Positions 60,505 to 64,000 of a DNA stretch of 64,000 nt are shown piece by piece. The stretch is from positions 262,322,001 through 262,386,000 of the forward strand of contig NW_027362767.1 in assembly GCF_046119375.1 (NCBI RefSeq). The letters are read 5' to 3'. Positions within the stretch are counted from its first letter, which is position 1. Every line of letters begins with the position of its first letter. A model generated the notes under the pieces. That model was not told the DNA's origin. It did not search any database and saw only the letters and a program-made list of their open reading frames with translations. A program made the position numbers and the translations under genes. Source of the DNA: Phyllobates terribilis. Lineage: Eukaryota.

Positions 60505-61590
60505 TGGTCCTGTACCCTCTTTCTACCAAAGCTTTGATGCTCTGTGTGTCCTGACTCCTTTTTATCATACATGTGATGCTCTGTGTGTCCCGACCCCTTT
60601 CTTTCATAGCTGTGATGCTCTGTGGGTCCTGACACCTTTCTATCATAGCTGTGATGCCCTGTGTGTCCTGACTTTCTATCATAGCTGTGATGCCCTGTGT
60701 GTCCTGACTTTCTATCATAGCTGTGATGCCCTGTGTGTCCTGACTTTCTATCATAGCTGTGATGCTCTGTGTGTCCTGACTCCTTTCTATCATAGCTGTG
60801 ATGCTCTGTGTGTCCTGACACCTTTCTATCATAGCTGTGATGCTCTGCGAGTCCTGACTCCTTTCTATCATAGCTGGGATGCTCTGTGTGTCCTGACTCC
60901 CTCTATCATAGCTGTGATGCTCTGTGTGTCCTGACTCCTTTCTATCATAGCTGGGATGCTCTGTGTGTCCTGACTCCTTTCTATCATAGCTGTGATGCTC
61001 TGTGTGTCCTGACTTTCTATCATAGCTGTGATGCTCTGTGTGTCCTGACACCTTTCTATCATAGCTGCGATGCCCTGTGTGTCCTGACTTTCTATCATAG
61101 CTGTGATGCTCTGTGTGTCCTGACTCCTTTTTATCATACATGTGATGCTCTGTGTGTCCTGACTCCTTTCTATCATAGCTGTGATGCTCTGTGTGTCCTG
61201 ACACCTTTCTATCATAGCTGTGATGCTCTGCGAGTCCTGACTCCCTCTATCATAGCTGTGATGCTCTGTGTGTCCTGACTTTCTATCATAGCTGTGATGC
61301 TCTGTGTGTCCTGACTCCTTTTTATCATACATGTGATGCTCTGTGTGTCCTGACTCCTTTCTATCATAGCTGTGATGCCCTGTGTGTCCTGACTTTCTAT
61401 CATAGCTGTGATGCTCTGTGTGTCCTGACTCCTTTTTATCATACATGTGATGCTCTGTGTGTCCTGACTCCTTTCTATCATAGCTGTGATGCCCTGTGTG
61501 TCCTGACTTTCTATCATAGCTGTGATGCTCTGTGTGTCCTGACTTTCTATCATAGCTGTGATGCTCTGTGTGTCCTGACACCTTTTATAT
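60505..61590. repeat. 39/36-bp minisatellite (about 28 units)
   Basis: Unit ctgtgatgctctgtgtgtcctgac(tcc)tttctatcatag. Confidence 0.95.
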
Positions 61591-62045
61591 CATAGTCAGC
61601 AGTACATTTACCAGTAATTTAAGGTTGTGTCGCTCTTCTGTGGGATCGGACCAGTAGGCCTCCTTCCCTTTCGTCACATTGAGCCTCGGATGCACATGGC
61701 TTTCGCTGGGGAATAAAGCTGTGCAGCAGGAATGACTGTAATACGTCCTTCCTCCAGCAGAGGGCAGAGCAGGTTTCCACCTTACGCTATTGTTGTAAAG
61801 GTTTTTTTTCGTCTGCATTTTATCAGTTTACCAATTTGTCTATTAACACTTCTTATGCCATGTTTTATGATAACTAGTAGGAATCCTAAGAATTTTGCTG
61901 ATTTTTAATGTCTGCTTTTATGTTTAGCTATAGTTTAGTGTACCAAGACGAAGCCTGAAGAGAGGAGGGAGGAGGCCGTAAGTGAGATTAATGGTGCTGC
62001 ATGGACACTTACAGGGATTGTTCCACTAAGATACAGTATGTATAA

Positions 62046-62229
62046 GGCCACGGCCCCACTATCAGTATTTGGTCAGTATTCGGTCAGTATTTTTTCTCAG
62101 GAGTGGGAGCCAAAACCAGGTGAGGAACAATCAGAGAAAAGGTATAATAAATGCAGAATTGGTGACTTGTTTCTATCACCCACTCCTGAGAAAAAATACT
62201 GACTGAATATTGATAGTGGGGCCGTGGCC
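62046..62229. mobile_element. Palindromic Tourist-like MITE (copy 3)
   Basis: taa|ggccacggccccactatcag start and inverted end; same family as 5327 and 50434. Confidence 0.8.
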
Positions 62230-62286
62230 CAAGGGTGATGATATCGTGTGAGTGGTAGTCAATTTACAATATGGAAGTCAGGAATA

Positions 62287-63770
<1,484 letters not shown>

Positions 63771-64000
63771 GATAAACGGACCGAATCCTATAGTAGTATG
63801 GCATACTAAGTAGTCGGGTTATTCCTCAAGATATACATAAAGCCTACAAAAAAAATCGAGTATCACCCAAGAAATATAGAACAATCATAGGTATATATTA
63901 GAAACAAATTTTATTAAATAGACATAATAAAACCGTACAACAAGAGTAAAAATAATAGGTCACTAGGGGTAGGAATACACACAGTTATAGAACGGCCGGT

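Noticed and set aside
60401-61581. His/Ser-rich ORFs (SGHTEHHSYDRK repeats)
   Set aside because: Translations of the 39/36-bp minisatellite.

Overview
Eukaryotic, repeat-rich vertebrate DNA, most likely an anuran (frog) genome; this is inferred from the MITE, Tc1, CR1, SINE and satellite families present. Three host genes are reconstructed from splice sites and reading-frame continuity: HDHD3 (+, one coding exon, 236 aa), BSPRY (-, six coding exons, 465 aa) and WDR31 (+, nine coding exons, 343 aa). Their order and orientation match the known mammalian WDR31-BSPRY-HDHD3 cluster. Much of the remainder is mobile or repetitive: a very young 8.57-kb Gypsy LTR retrotransposon with a nested solo LTR in BSPRY intron 2, five Tc1 copies (two from one tandem duplication), a 5'-truncated CR1 inside a tRNA-derived SINE, many MITEs and eight or more tandem-repeat arrays. 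The most unusual observation is a 60-bp minisatellite whose monomer contains the last codons of BSPRY exon 5 plus its 5' splice site. It creates an in-frame, stop-free ladder of 8 splice donors, and a diverged relative fills most of intron 5. Also notable are a cryptic LTR-end-plus-PBS copy inside the Gypsy LTR, a TTTAAAC slippery site with a predicted pseudoknot at gag/pol, and a TAATG stop-start uORF on WDR31. No CRISPR, rRNA or true tRNA genes were found.
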